In this document: piece after piece, positions 41,455 to 53,910 of the stretch
Position numbering within the stretch: the stretch's first letter is position 1
How the letters are laid out: every line of letters starts with the position of its first letter
Source: Octopus sinensis
Lineage: Eukaryota
Length of the DNA stretch: 64,000 nt
NCBI RefSeq assembly: GCF_006345805.1
Contig: NW_021833048.1
Location: 21,736-85,735, forward strand
Reading direction: 5' to 3'
Translations under genes and position numbers: made by a program
Notes under the pieces: generated by a model
Databases searched by the model: none
What the model saw: only the letters and a program-made list of their open reading frames with translations
Told to the model about the DNA's origin: nothing

Positions 41455-41589
41455 GTGAGTGTGTGTGTGTGTGTGTGCAAACACTATCATCACTACCATT
41501 ACTATCATCTCTTACCTTCACTAATTTCATCAGAATCGTCATTTCCATCATCATCATCTCTATCATTGGTGTCACCTCCATCACCACCA

Positions 41590-41998
41590 AGGCGTAGGAG
41601 TGTCTGTGTGGTAAGTAGCTTGTTTACCAACCACATGGTTCCGGGTTCAGTCCCACTGCATGGCATCTTGGGCAAGTGTCTTCTACTATAGCCTCGGGCC
41701 GACCAAAGCCTTGTGAATGGATTTGGTAGACAGAAACTGAAAGAAGCCCGTCGTATATATGTATATGTATATATATGTGTGCGTGTATATTTGTGTGTCT
41801 GTGTTTGTCCCCCTAGCATTGCTTGACAACCGATGCTGGTGTGTTTACGTCCCCGTCACTTAGCGGCTCGCAAAAGAGACTGATAGAATAAGAACTAGGC
41901 TTACAAAGAATAAGTCCTGGGGGTCGATTTGCTCGACTAAAGGCAGTGCTCCAGCATGGCCGCAGTCAAAATGACTGAAACAAGTAAAAGAGTAAAAG
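41590..41998 (+). mobile_element. SINE family A, full length
   Basis: Consensus match in CKAP2-like intron 6. Confidence 0.85.
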
Positions 41999-42295
41999 AT
42001 CCTCTATCATCACCACCTCCATCATCACCCCTATTATCTCCAGCATCATCACCTCCACCCTCATCTTTAGCATCATCCCCATCACCTCCATCCCCGTCAC
42101 CTCCACCCTCATCACAACCATTGCCTCCACCACCATCTCCATCACTATCATCACTCTTCATCACCATCACCATCATCATCACCACAACGACCATCAGAAT
42201 TTTCTTTTTCTAATATATGGATTTCTTTTTCCTTTTCACTTTTTCCTCTCCACTCTTGACCCCCACCGCTGACCTCCATCCACATCGACTCCCAG

Positions 42296-42594
42296 CCGGC
42301 TGACGTCATCGCAGAATCCCTGCCCAAGATGATCAAAGACTTGGTCTCGTCCAAAGAGAACTCCGAAGCGACACCAATGATGACCACCCCTCCATCCTCC
42401 AGGGGCGGTGCAGGGTTTGTCCCTTACACACCGTCACAAACCCCTTACGACATGCCATCCGTCCACGGGCTGGACATCAGTCATTATGCCGGAACACCGA
42501 TGCAGGACACCACCCCAGGCCTCCACATGAGACGGTCATTTCACTCAGGCAACGTCAAGTATTTAGTGCGGAGGTCAACGCCATTCAAGTACAG
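42296..42594 (+). CDS. CKAP2: CKAP2-like, exon 7 (PADVIAESLPKMIKDL...VKYLVRRSTPFKYR)
   Basis: Acceptor cccAG at 42294-42295, donor GTtagt at 42595, phase 0 in and phase 2 out. The KY.V..TP motif is typical of the family. Confidence 0.85.
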
Positions 42595-43517
42595 GTTAGT
42601 CGTCTTGATTCACTCTTAATAGCAATTACAATTTAACGAGCTAATTATCGTCATCTGGTCATACATACAACTTGCCCAGACCACTGTGTGGCACCTTGGG
42701 CAAGTGTCTTCTACGATAGCCTCAGGCCGATCAAAGCCTTGTGAGTGGAATTGGTAGATGGAAACTGAAAGAAGCCCGTTGTATGTATGTGTGTGTGTGT
42801 GTGTCTATATGTATGTGTGTATATATATATGTGTGTATATATATATATGTATATATGTGTGTGTATATATATGTATATATGTGTGTGTGTATATATATGT
42901 ATATATGTGTGTGTGTATATATATGTATGTGTGTGTTTATATGTATATATGTGTGTGTGTATATATGTATTTATGTGTGTGTATGTATATATGTGTGTGC
43001 GTGTGTGTATGTATATGTGCGTGTGTGTATGTATATGTGTGTGTGTGTATGTATATATGTGTGTGCGTGTGTGTATGCATATGTGTGCGTGTGTGTATGC
43101 ATATGTGTGCGTGTGTGTATGCATATGTGTGCGCGTGTGTATGTATATATATGTGTGCGTGTGTGTATATGTGTGTGTGTGTGTATATATATGTATATAT
43201 GTGTGTGCGTGTATATATGTATATGTGTGTGTGTATATATGCGTGTGTGTATATGTATATATGTGTGTATATATATATATGTATTTGTGTCTGTTTGTAT
43301 CACCAGCATAGCTTGACCGATGTTGGTGTGTTTACGTTCCTGTAACTTACCAGTTCTGCAAAAGAGATCGATAGAATAAGTACTGGGGTCGATTTCTTCG
43401 ACTAAAAGGCGATGCTCCAGCATGGCCATAGCCATATGACTAAGACAAGTAAAAGAACAACCGTCTTGTGTCCTTCTTTGCTGGAATTCTTTATTTTTTT
43501 CTTCTTTTAATCTTCAG

Positions 43518-43698
43518 GTCTGAAAGTGTTGAAGACAGCGATGCCATTCTAATAACGCCAGTCCGTCGTACCACTCGCAGAAGCGTCGTCTCGGCCAGGA
43601 GCTCACGCCTTGACGTCATCATCGATTCTCTGGACGACTGCATCCTTGGGGACAAGAAAAACGTCTTGTTCCAGGACAACCCGGCCATTCCTCAGTGA
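43518..43698 (+). CDS. CKAP2: CKAP2-like, terminal exon 8 (ILITPVRRTTRR...IIDSLDD...VLFQDNPAIPQ*)
   Basis: Acceptor ttcAG and TGA at 43696-43698. TPVRR..R and SL...N.A are family hallmarks. The spliced CDS totals 1491 nt (496 aa). Confidence 0.9.
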
Positions 43699-43954
43699 CC
43701 GAAGAATTGAAGAATTGTGGTTGTAAAGACCGAAGAACTCTCTGTGGACGATGGTGATTGTGATGATGATGAGGAGGAGGAGGAAGAGGAGGATGCTTGT
43801 GGTGAGGGTGAGGGTGGTATGTTATTTGCCAGTGTGTGGGTGTGTGTGGGATTTGAACTCGGTGAATTTCATGCTTCCGCATACACTGCACACAGCCACA
43901 CATGGGTGTGTGCACGCATACAGATACCCGTACATGCACATACACACACACACA

Positions 43955-46900
43955 TACACACACCTGGATGTGTACACCCTACTGTCTGTATGCACACACA
44001 CACACATCTATGTGTGCAATACACACACACACCTACATGCACACACACACACACCTGGATGTGTACAACACACACACACACACCTGGATGTGTATACCCT
44101 ACTGTCTGTATGCATACACATACACACACACGTATACACACCTGGATGTGGACAACACACACACTCCTGGATGTGTACACACTACTGTCTGTATGTATAC
44201 ACATAGACACACATATACACACCTGGATGTGTACAACATACACACTCCTGGATGTGTACACCCTACTGTCTGTATGCATACACATAGACACACATATACA
44301 CACCTGGATGTGTACAACACACCCACTCCTGGATGTGTACACCCTACTGTCTGTATGCATACACATATACACACCTGGATGTGTACAACATACACACTCC
44401 TGGATGTGTACACCCTACTGTCTGTATGCATACACATAGACACACATATACACACCTGGATGTGTACAACACACCCACTCCTGGATGTGTACACCCTACT
44501 GTCTGTATGCATACACATAGACACACATATACACACCTGGATGTGTACAACATACACACTCCTGGATGTGTACACCCTACTGTCTGTATGCATACACATA
44601 GACACACATATACACACCTGGATGTGTACAACACACCCACTCCTGGATGTGTACACCCTACTGTCTGTATGCATACACATAGACACACATATACACACCT
44701 GGATGTGTACAACATACACACTCCTGGATGTGTACACCCTACTGTCTGTATGCATACACATAGACACACATATACACACCTGGATGTGTACAACACACCC
44801 TCCTGGATGTGTACACCCTACTGTCTGTATGCATACACATAGACACACATATACACACCTGGATGTGTACAACATACACACTCCTGGATGTGTACACCCT
44901 ACTGTCTGTATGCATACACATAGACACACATATACACACCTGGATGTGTACAACACACCCACTCCTGGATGTGTACACCCTACTGTCTGTATGCATACAC
45001 ATAGACACACATACACACACCTGGATGTGTACAACTACACACTCCTGGATGTGTACACCTACTGTCTGTATGCATACACATAGATACACGTACACACCTG
45101 GATGTGTACAACATACACACTCCTGGATGTGTACACCCTACTGTCTGTATGCATACACATAGACACACATATACACACCTGGATGTGTACAACACACCCA
45201 CTCCTGGATGTGTACACCCTACTGTCTGTATGCATACACATAGACACACATATACACACCTGGATGTGTACAACATACACACTCCTGGATGTGTACACCC
45301 TACTGTCTGTATGCATACACATAGACACACTATACACACCTGGATGTGTACAACACACCCACTCCTGGATGGTACACCCTACTGTCTGTATGCACACATA
45401 GACACATATACACACCTGGATGTGTACAACAACATACACACTCCTGGATGTGTACACACTACTGTCTGTATGCATACACATAGATACACATATACACACC
45501 TGGATGTGTACAACATACACACTCCTGGATGTGTACACCCTACTGTCTGTATGCATACACATAGATACACATATACACACCTGGATGTGTACAACACACA
45601 CACACCTGGATGTGTACACCATACTGTCTGTATGCATACACATAGACACACATATACACACCTGGATGTGTACAACACACCCACACCTGGATGTGTACAA
45701 CACACACACACCTGGATGTGTACACCCTACTGTCTGTATGCATACACATAGACACACATATACACACCTGGATGTGTACAACACACCCACTCCTGGATGT
45801 GTATACACTACTGTCTGTATGCATACACATACACACACATATACACACCTGGATGTGTACAACATACACACACCTGGATGTGTACACCCTACTGTCTGTA
45901 TGCATACACATAGACACACATATACACACCTGGATGTGTACAACACACACACACCTGGATGTGTATACACTACTGTCTGTATGCATACACATAGACACAC
46001 ATATAAACACCTGGATGTGTACAACACACCCACTCCTGGATGTGTATACACTACTGTCTGTATGCATACACAAAGACACACATATACACACCTGGATGTG
46101 TACAACACACCCACTCCTGGATGTGTATACACTACTGTCTATGCATACACATAGACACACATATACACACCTGGATGTGTACAACACACCCACTCCTGGA
46201 TGTGTATACACTACTGTCTGTATGCATACACATACACACACATATACACACCTGGATGTGTACAACATACACACACCTGGATGTGTACACCCTACTGTCT
46301 GTATGCATACACATAGACACACATATACACACCTGGATGTGTACAACACACACACACACCTGGATGTGTATACACTACTGTCTGTATGCATACACATATA
46401 CACACCTGGATGTGTACAACACACCCACTCCTGGATGTGTATACACTACTGTCTGTATGCATACACATAGACACACATATACACACCTGGATGTGTACAA
46501 CACACCCACTCCTGGATGTGTATACACTACTGTCTATGCATACACATAGACACACATATACACACCTGGATGTGTACAACACACACACACCTGGATGTGT
46601 ATACACTACTGTCTGTATGCATACACATAGACACATATACACACCTGGATGTGTACAACATACACACTCCTGGATGTGTACACCCTACTGTCTGTATGCA
46701 TACACATAGACACATATACACACCTGGATGTGTACAACACACCCACTCCTGGATGTGGATACCCTACTGTCTGTATGCATACACATAGACACACATATAC
46801 ACACCTGGATGTGTACAACACACACACACCTGGATGTGTACACCCTACTGTCTGTATGCATACACATAGACACACATATACACACCTGGATGTGTACAAC

Positions 46901-48130
46901 ACACCCACCCCTGGATGTGTATACACTACTGTCTGTATGCATACACATACAAACACATATACACACCTGGATGTGTACAACACACACACACCTGGATGTG
47001 TATACACTACTGTCTGTATGCATACACATAGACACACATATACACACCTGGATGTGTACAACACACCCACTCCTGGATGTGTATACACTACTGTCTGTAT
47101 GCATACACATACACACACATATACACACCTGGATGTGTACAACACACCCACTCCTGGATGTGTATACACTACTGTCTGTATGCATACACATAGACACACA
47201 TATACACACCTGGATGTGTACAACACACACACACCTGGATGTGTATACACTACTGTCTGTATGCATACACATACACACACATATACACACCTGGATGTGT
47301 ACAACACACACACACCTGGATGTGTATACACTACTGTCTGTATGCATACACATACACACACATATACACACCTGGATGTGTACAACACACACACACCTGG
47401 ATGTGTATACACTACTGTCTGTATGCATACACATACACACACATATACACACCTGGATGTGTACAACACACCCACTCCTGGATGTGTACACCCTACTGTC
47501 TGTATGCATACACATACACACACATATACACACCTGGATGTGTACACCCTACTGTTTATGCATACACATACACACACACCTGGATGTGTACAACTCACAC
47601 ACACACACCTGGATGTGTACTCCCTACTGTCTGTATGCACACACATACACACACATCTATGTGTACACCCTACTGTCTGTATGCACACACATACACACTC
47701 ATCTCTGTGTACAACACACACACATATTCACTTGCATGCACACACACACACACACACCTGGATATGTACAACACACACACACCTTGATGTGTACACCCTA
47801 CTGTCTGTATGCACACACATACACACACACCTATGTGTACAACACACACATATTCACCTGCATGCACACACACACACACCTGGATGTGTACACCCTACTG
47901 TCTGTATGCACACACACACACCTGCATTCACACACATACACACACCTGGATGTGTACACCCTACTGTCTCTGCACACACATACATCTATGTGTACAACAC
48001 GCACACACACACACAAACTTGGATGTGTACACCCTACTGTCTCTTTGCACACACATACACACACATCTAGGTGTACAACACACACACACAAACCTTGATG
48101 TGTACACCCTACTGTCCCTTTGCACACACA
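43955..48130. repeat. 81-bp minisatellite, about 4.2 kb
   Basis: Unit acacacctggatgtgtacaac(a/c...)ctcctggatgtgtacaccctactgtctgtatgcatacacatagacacacatat; period of 81 measured between 44221 and 44302. Confidence 0.97.
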
Positions 48131-48363
48131 TACACACACACATCTATGTGTATAATGTACACACATACACACACATCTGTGTGTGCAACACACACACCAT
48201 ATACACCTGCATGCACACACACTCATACACCGCTGTGCATGTATGCACACAATGGTTTCTCCCCCAGCAGAAATGTTCTATTGTTTTACTAGGTTTTATT
48301 GTATATATACACATTAACATGAATGTTTTTATTTGTACATAAAAAATGAATTTTACTGTTTTA

Positions 48364-48369
48364 AATAAA
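48364..48369 (+). terminator. Candidate poly(A) signal of the CKAP2-like gene
   Basis: The first AATAAA I found downstream of the stop codon, in AU-rich context and followed by a T/GT-rich stretch. Confidence 0.45.
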
Positions 48370-48567
48370 CTGTGATGAAATTAAATTTTATTTTGTTTTT
48401 TTTCATGTATGTGTGTGTGTGTTGGTGTCACAAAAAAAAGCATATAGTCCAATCTGTAAAGTGGTTGGCATTAGGAAGGGCATCCAGCCATTGAACCCAT
48501 TCCACAGCAGACAATAAAACAAGGTACAGCTCTTGGCCCTTCCAGCTCCATGGTATCACATAAAAAA

Positions 48568-48965
48568 GACGGCGAGCTGGCAGAATCGTTAGCACGCTGG
48601 GCAAAATGCGTAGCCGTATTTCGTCTGCCGTTACGTTCTGAGTTCAAATTCCGCCAAGGTCGACTTTGCCTTTCATCCTTTCGGGGTCGATTAAATAAGT
48701 ACCAGTTATGCACTGGGGTCGATATAATCGACTTAATCCCTCTGTCTGTCCTTGTTTGTCCCCTCTGTGTTTAGCCCCTTGTGGGCAGTAAAGAAATAGG
48801 TATTTCGTCTGCTGTTACGTTCTGAGTTCAAATTCCGCCGAGGTCGACTTTGCCTTTTATCCTTTCGGGGTCGATAAATTAAGTACCAGTTACGCACTGG
48901 GGTCGATGTAATCGATTTAGTCCGTTTGTCTTCTCTGTGTCCCCTTGTGGGCAGTAAAGAAATAG
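48568..48965 (+). mobile_element. tRNA-derived SINE family B, with its 3' part duplicated
   Basis: Head ggcgagctggcagaatcgttagc, B-box-like GAGTTCAAATTCC, core GCCTTTCATCCTTTCGGGGTCGAT. Other copies at about 3690-3897, 5300-5680, 8545-8700, 35250-35400, 59865-60020 and 60325-60500. Confidence 0.8.
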
Positions 48966-50789
48966 GTATCACATAAAAAGCATCTAGTACACTCTAAGTG
49001 GTTGGCGTTAGGAAGGGCATCCAGCCATAGAACCCTTGCCACAAGAGAGAATGGAACGAGGTACAGTTCCTCCTGGCCCTACCAGCTCCGTGGTGGCACA
49101 TAAAACGCATCTAGTACACTCGGTAAAGTGGTTGGCAATTTGAAAGGCATCCAGCTATAGAACCCATGCAAGAAGAATGGAACCTGGTACTGCTTTCCGT
49201 CCTCACCAGCTGCTGTCAAATCCTCCAACCCATGCCAGCATGGAAAATAGACATTAAACAACAGCAATAACAACATTTTGCCAATTCTGGATTTTCAAAC
49301 TGTGTCCAAAGAATGGATATGAGTCATCTTTGCATAAAAATGTGTGTTTGAAGATTGGAGGAAGTCAAAATCTTGGGAAATGAACAAGGAAACCTCACTC
49401 AAGATCATTGATGTTGGAGGGAAGCAGTGGGTGATGGAAGGAAAGAATTTGAACAAAGTTGGATTATTCTTCTATTCGTTTCAGTCATTTGACTGCGGCC
49501 ATGCTTTTAGTCGAGCAAATCGACCCCGGAACTTATTCTTTGTAAGCCTAGTACTTAATCTATCAGTCTCTTTTGCCGAACCGCTAAGTTACGGGGATGT
49601 AAACACACCAGCATCAGTTGTCAAGCGATGTTGGGTGGACAAACACTGACACACAAACATATGTATATATATACGACAGGCTTCTTTCAGTTTCCGTCTA
49701 CCAAATCCACTCACAAGGCTTTGGTCGGCCCGAGTCTATAGTAGAAGATACTTGCCCAAGGTGCCACTCAGTGGGACAGAACCCGGAACCATGTGGTTCA
49801 TAAGCAAGCTACTTACCACACAGCCATTCCTAAAAAAAAACGTGAATTGATGACGGTGAACTAACCGGAAATGGCGACTGAAACATGAATAAAAACAGTA
49901 TTTTTCCTATTTTTAGTATTTTGTAAATTCTCGGCGAATTGTACTTTACAAGCAGCTGCTTTTGATCAATTGTATTGCAATCAACTTCTTCGATACCAAG
50001 GCGCAGGAGTAGTTGTGCGGTAAGTAGCTTGCTTACCAACCACATGGTTCCGGGTTCAGTCCCACTGCATGGCACCTTGGGCAAGTGTCTTTTACTATAG
50101 CCTTGGGCCGACCAAAGCCTTGTGAGTGGATTTGGTAGACGGAAGCTGAAAGCAGCCCGTTATATATATGTATATATACATATGTATGCGTGTGTGCGTT
50201 TGTGTCTGTGTTTGTCCCCCTAGCATTGCTTGACAACCAATGCTGGTGTGTTTATGTCCCCGTTACTTAGCGGTTCAGCAAAAGAGACCGATAGAATAAG
50301 TACAGGGCTTACTAAAAAAAGAATAAGTCCCGGGGTCGAGTTGCTCAATTAAAGGTGGTGTTCCAGCATGGCCGCAGTCAAATGACTGAAAACAAGTAAA
50401 AAAAAAAAAAAAATTCCAGAACCAAGCGTAACGTGTCAACAGATCAAGAACTTTAATAAGCAACGCCTTTATAAAATTGTGGAAATTACACAGAAAGTAG
50501 TCACTTCATTCGTTTGAACTTACTCGAATGAGTTAACTCCCTTTAATTGTCAGTTATACGCTTACACTTACCTTTTCACTCTTGAAAAGTTTTTGACGGA
50601 GAGCTCAGTCAATTAAATAAACCCCAGTGTATTACTGGGTATTTTTTTTTTTTACCGAGTCTGAAATGGCGATGGTAATAATTATTAGGAAAGGTCTGTA
50701 TTTTTTGCATTGATCTGAGAATTTTTAACAATATTGTTTTTTTTTATGGAATGGTTTATAAGATTGTGTGTGTGTGTGTGTGTGTGTGT

Positions 50790-51170
50790 GTAGTGAGGTG
50801 AATGGGGCGTTGGAGAGAAGGAGAGTGAAGGAAAGATAAAAGAGAGGAAATAAGGTGAGAAAGCTGGAAAAAATGGAAAATGAGAAAGAAAAAGAGGCAG
50901 GAAAAGGAAACTGAAAAAAAGAGGGAAAAAGGAGAGAAATGTTGGAGAAAAAGGAAGAAAGCGAAAAAGGAGAGAAAGGAAGATAAAAGAGAAGAAATAA
51001 GGTGAGAAAGAAGGAAAAAAGAGAGGAGATAAGGTGAAAAAGAGTAGAAAAGGAGGGAAAATGAGAAAGAAAAAGAGGCGGGAAAAGGAAACTGAAAAAG
51101 GAGAGAAATGTTGGAGAAAAAGGAGAGAAAGGAAGAAAAACTAGGGAAAAAGAGAAGCTGAAAAGAAAGT
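50790..51170. repeat. Purine-rich (GA) tract with internal ~170-bp repetition
   Basis: Almost only A and G on the + strand; the blocks aaataaggtgagaaag and gaaaaggaaactgaaaaa recur. Confidence 0.8.
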
Positions 51171-51173
51171 AAA

Positions 51174-51547
51174 TGGATGGAAGCACTCCGTCGGTTACGA
51201 CGACGAGGGTTCCGGTTGATCCGATCAACGGAACAGCCTGCTCGTGAAATTAACGTGTAAGTAGCTGAGCACTCCACAGACACGTGTACCCTTAACGTAG
51301 TTCTCGGGGATATTCAGCGTGACACAGAGAGTGACAAGGCCGGCCCTTTGAAATACAGGTACAACAGAAACAGGAAGTAAGAGTGAGAGAATGTTGTGGT
51401 GAAAGAGTACAGCAGGGTTCACCACCAGCCCCTACCGGCGCCTCGTGGAGCTTTAGGTGTTTTTCGCTCAATAAACACTCACAATGCCCGGTCTGGGAAT
51501 CGAAACCGCGAGTCCGCTGCCCTAACCACTGGGCCATTGCGCCTCCA
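51174..51547 (-). mobile_element. tRNA-derived SINE family C
   Basis: Matches 16046-16412; lies about 160 bp downstream of the GPCR stop codon, in the GPCR sense orientation. Confidence 0.8.
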
Positions 51548-51706
51548 CTAAGAAGAAAGTAAAAATATGATAGGAAAAGGAGAAAGAAGGGAAAGAAATA
51601 CAGAAGAGAAGAAGCCAAGAACGAACGAGAAGAGAATAAGAAAGAAAAAATGGGGAATAATAAGATTTGAGATGTCGCAAAATGTTCATTATTGTCTTTT
51701 GTTTTT

Positions 51707-52698
51707 TTAGTGTGATTGTTTGGAGAAAGTCTCTGAATCACTGCTGTAGGTGATGACGTCATCGTCATCATCATCATCATAATCGTCATCATCATCGTCG
51801 TCGTCATTGTCGAATATCTCTATAGTATCAGCTTCGGTGCTGGTGTTCTCGGGTTCGAATTTCGTCGTGTCACTCGACACTTCGCTTTCGACGTCTTGCT
51901 GTTGTTTTTCGAGATGACAATGTTGTTGTTGTAATAAGTGCCGTTGTTGTTGTTCCTGCTGCTGTTGTTGTTCTTGGTATTCTTGTTGTTGTTGTTGTTT
52001 TTGTTTTTGTTGTTGTAGCTGTTGATCCTTCTCCTGCTGCTGCTGTTGTTGTTGTTGCTGCCGATCCTGCATTTCAAGTTGCAGCAACTGCAGCTGCTGG
52101 TGACGGTGCCGCTGTCGCTCCTTGCTGCCGGGCAGGCGTTTGGTGACGCAGTGGAACGTGGCCAGGAAAGCCTTCCGGAAGCTCTCGTTCATGAAACAAT
52201 ACGTGATCGGATTACAACAGGACGAGAGATAGGCGAGAAGATAAATGGAATTCATACCGACGGCGGTCAAGTGGCGGCGAATACCCCGCGGGTCAAAGGC
52301 CTTCCAGGTCTGAACGCAAAACAGGGGACACCAACAGACGAAAAACTCAAGGACTATCACACACAGCATTTTAATAACGCGCTTCTTGGTGGTCACGCTT
52401 TTCCCCATATTAGACTGACGAACTCCCCCTCCAACGTTCAACCGCCGACGTTTCCGATGCTGCAAGCAGGAACTCGAATTCAAATTAGAATTATGGTTTG
52501 GGGTCACACTCTGGTTACACTTACGTTTCGGGTTTCGTTTCGATACCTGCTTCCGGTCGGCGCCATCGTGACGCGGGTTATTTTCCGTATATTTTTTAAC
52601 ATGTTTCTTGAGGTCACCTCCTTGGTTTATCTTGGTCGTTTCATTGCACACAATCATCTTCGTACTTTCCTTTTCCTTCTTTTTGCTCTTCTCTGCGT
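51707..52698 (-). CDS. CCKAR: Cholecystokinin/sulfakinin receptor-like GPCR, terminal exon (ICL3, TM6, TM7, polyQ/polyD tail)
   Basis: Acceptor ttttgcAG at 52700-52699 (minus strand). Encodes KKRVIKMLCVIVLEFFVCWCP, SSCCNPITYCFMN and FRKAFLATFHC, matching CCK-receptor TM6/TM7. Stop TAA at 51709-51707. An invertebrate gene is probably co-orthologous to CCKAR and CCKBR. Confidence 0.92.
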
Positions 52699-52730
52699 CT
52701 GCAAAAGAAATAAAATAATATATATATATA

Positions 52731-53482
52731 CTAGCAGTATCGCCCGGCGTTGCTTGGGTTTGTTTCGACCCTTTAGAATTGGAATTTTTGAAAAGTAAAA
52801 ATTTTGCATCATGTAGCTTGTTATTCTCTTCAAGTGAACATTTTTCTGGTTGAAATACACCGAAAAATGGCGACACAGCAATAAAAAAATCGTAAAAAAT
52901 ATGGATTTTCACAGAAAAAAAGCACCTTTTTGATGTAAATAATTTTTGGTGTTAACATGGTCTGATTTGAATTTTATCTTCTACGGAAGGAAGAGCAAGC
53001 CTTCTTCTATCATACTCTCATTTTTGGTCAACTTGTGCCGCAGGGTCTCGGAGGAGATAGTGTTAGTTGAAGGCTACCAAACCTGTCACACACAGACAAC
53101 TTCAGCTTTATATATATATATACTAGCAGTATCACCCGGCGTTGCTCGGGTTTGTTTCAACCCTTTAGAATTGAAATTTTTGAAAAGTAAAAATTTTGCA
53201 TTATGTAGCTTGTTATTCTCTTTAAGTGAACATTTTTCTGGTTGAAATACACCGAAAAATGGCGACACACCAGTCAAAAATCGTAAAAAAATAGGGATTT
53301 TCATAGAAAAAAAGCACCTTTTTGATGTAAATAATTTTAGGTGTTAACATGGTCCGATTTGAACTTTTTCTTCTACGGAAGGAAGAGCAAGCCTTCTTCT
53401 ATCATACTCTCAATTTTGGTCAACTTGTGCCGCAGGGTTTCGGAGGAGATAGTGTTAGTTGACAACTTCAGCTTTATATAGA
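52731..53482 (-). mobile_element. Tandem dimer of a Helitron-like element
   Basis: Two ~390/360-bp copies, each beginning on the + strand with ctagcagtatc(g/a)cccggcgttgct (the reversed CTAG end plus GC hairpin) and ending in ttatatata(ga). Confidence 0.7.
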
Positions 53483-53910
53483 GAGAAATATATCGTTTTA
53501 CTTGTTTCAGTCATTAGGTAGCGGCCTTGCTGGGGCACCGCCTTAAAAATCTTCGGCGATCTTTCGGTACAAGTACCATAACTGCCAATTATAAAGCCAG
53601 TAGGTTTATTTACATTTATGAAGAAAAAGAAACTTTCCCCCCCACTCCCTAACCCTAACCCTATCCCCACATATATAAAAAAATAAAATGTTACGGAAAG
53701 TGACGATTTTCTTCTTAAAATGTAAACAAACACACTTGGCAGTTATGGTATTTGTACCGAAAGATGGCCCAATCTTCTTTTCAAAAAGTGAGAAGAAAGA
53801 ATATGGAGAAGGAATAAAACGAGGACGAAATAAATAAAGTACGTTTATATATTTGTTGTGCAAGATTTTTTATGTGAAGTCGTGTGTTGAAACAGACATT
53901 GTTATATTTC

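Noticed and set aside
43717-48342. Many 100-470 aa ORFs on both strands
   Set aside because: Produced by the 81-bp (multiple of 3) minisatellite. They are open in several frames and on both strands, with no splice context or domain.
52022-52798. 258-aa + strand ORF
   Set aside because: Antisense shadow of the GPCR exon; no recognisable motifs.
52699-52912. N-terminal part of the 401-aa minus-strand ORF (MKIHIFY...)
   Set aside because: It lies upstream of the splice acceptor inside a Helitron-like repeat and is duplicated at 53086-53304.
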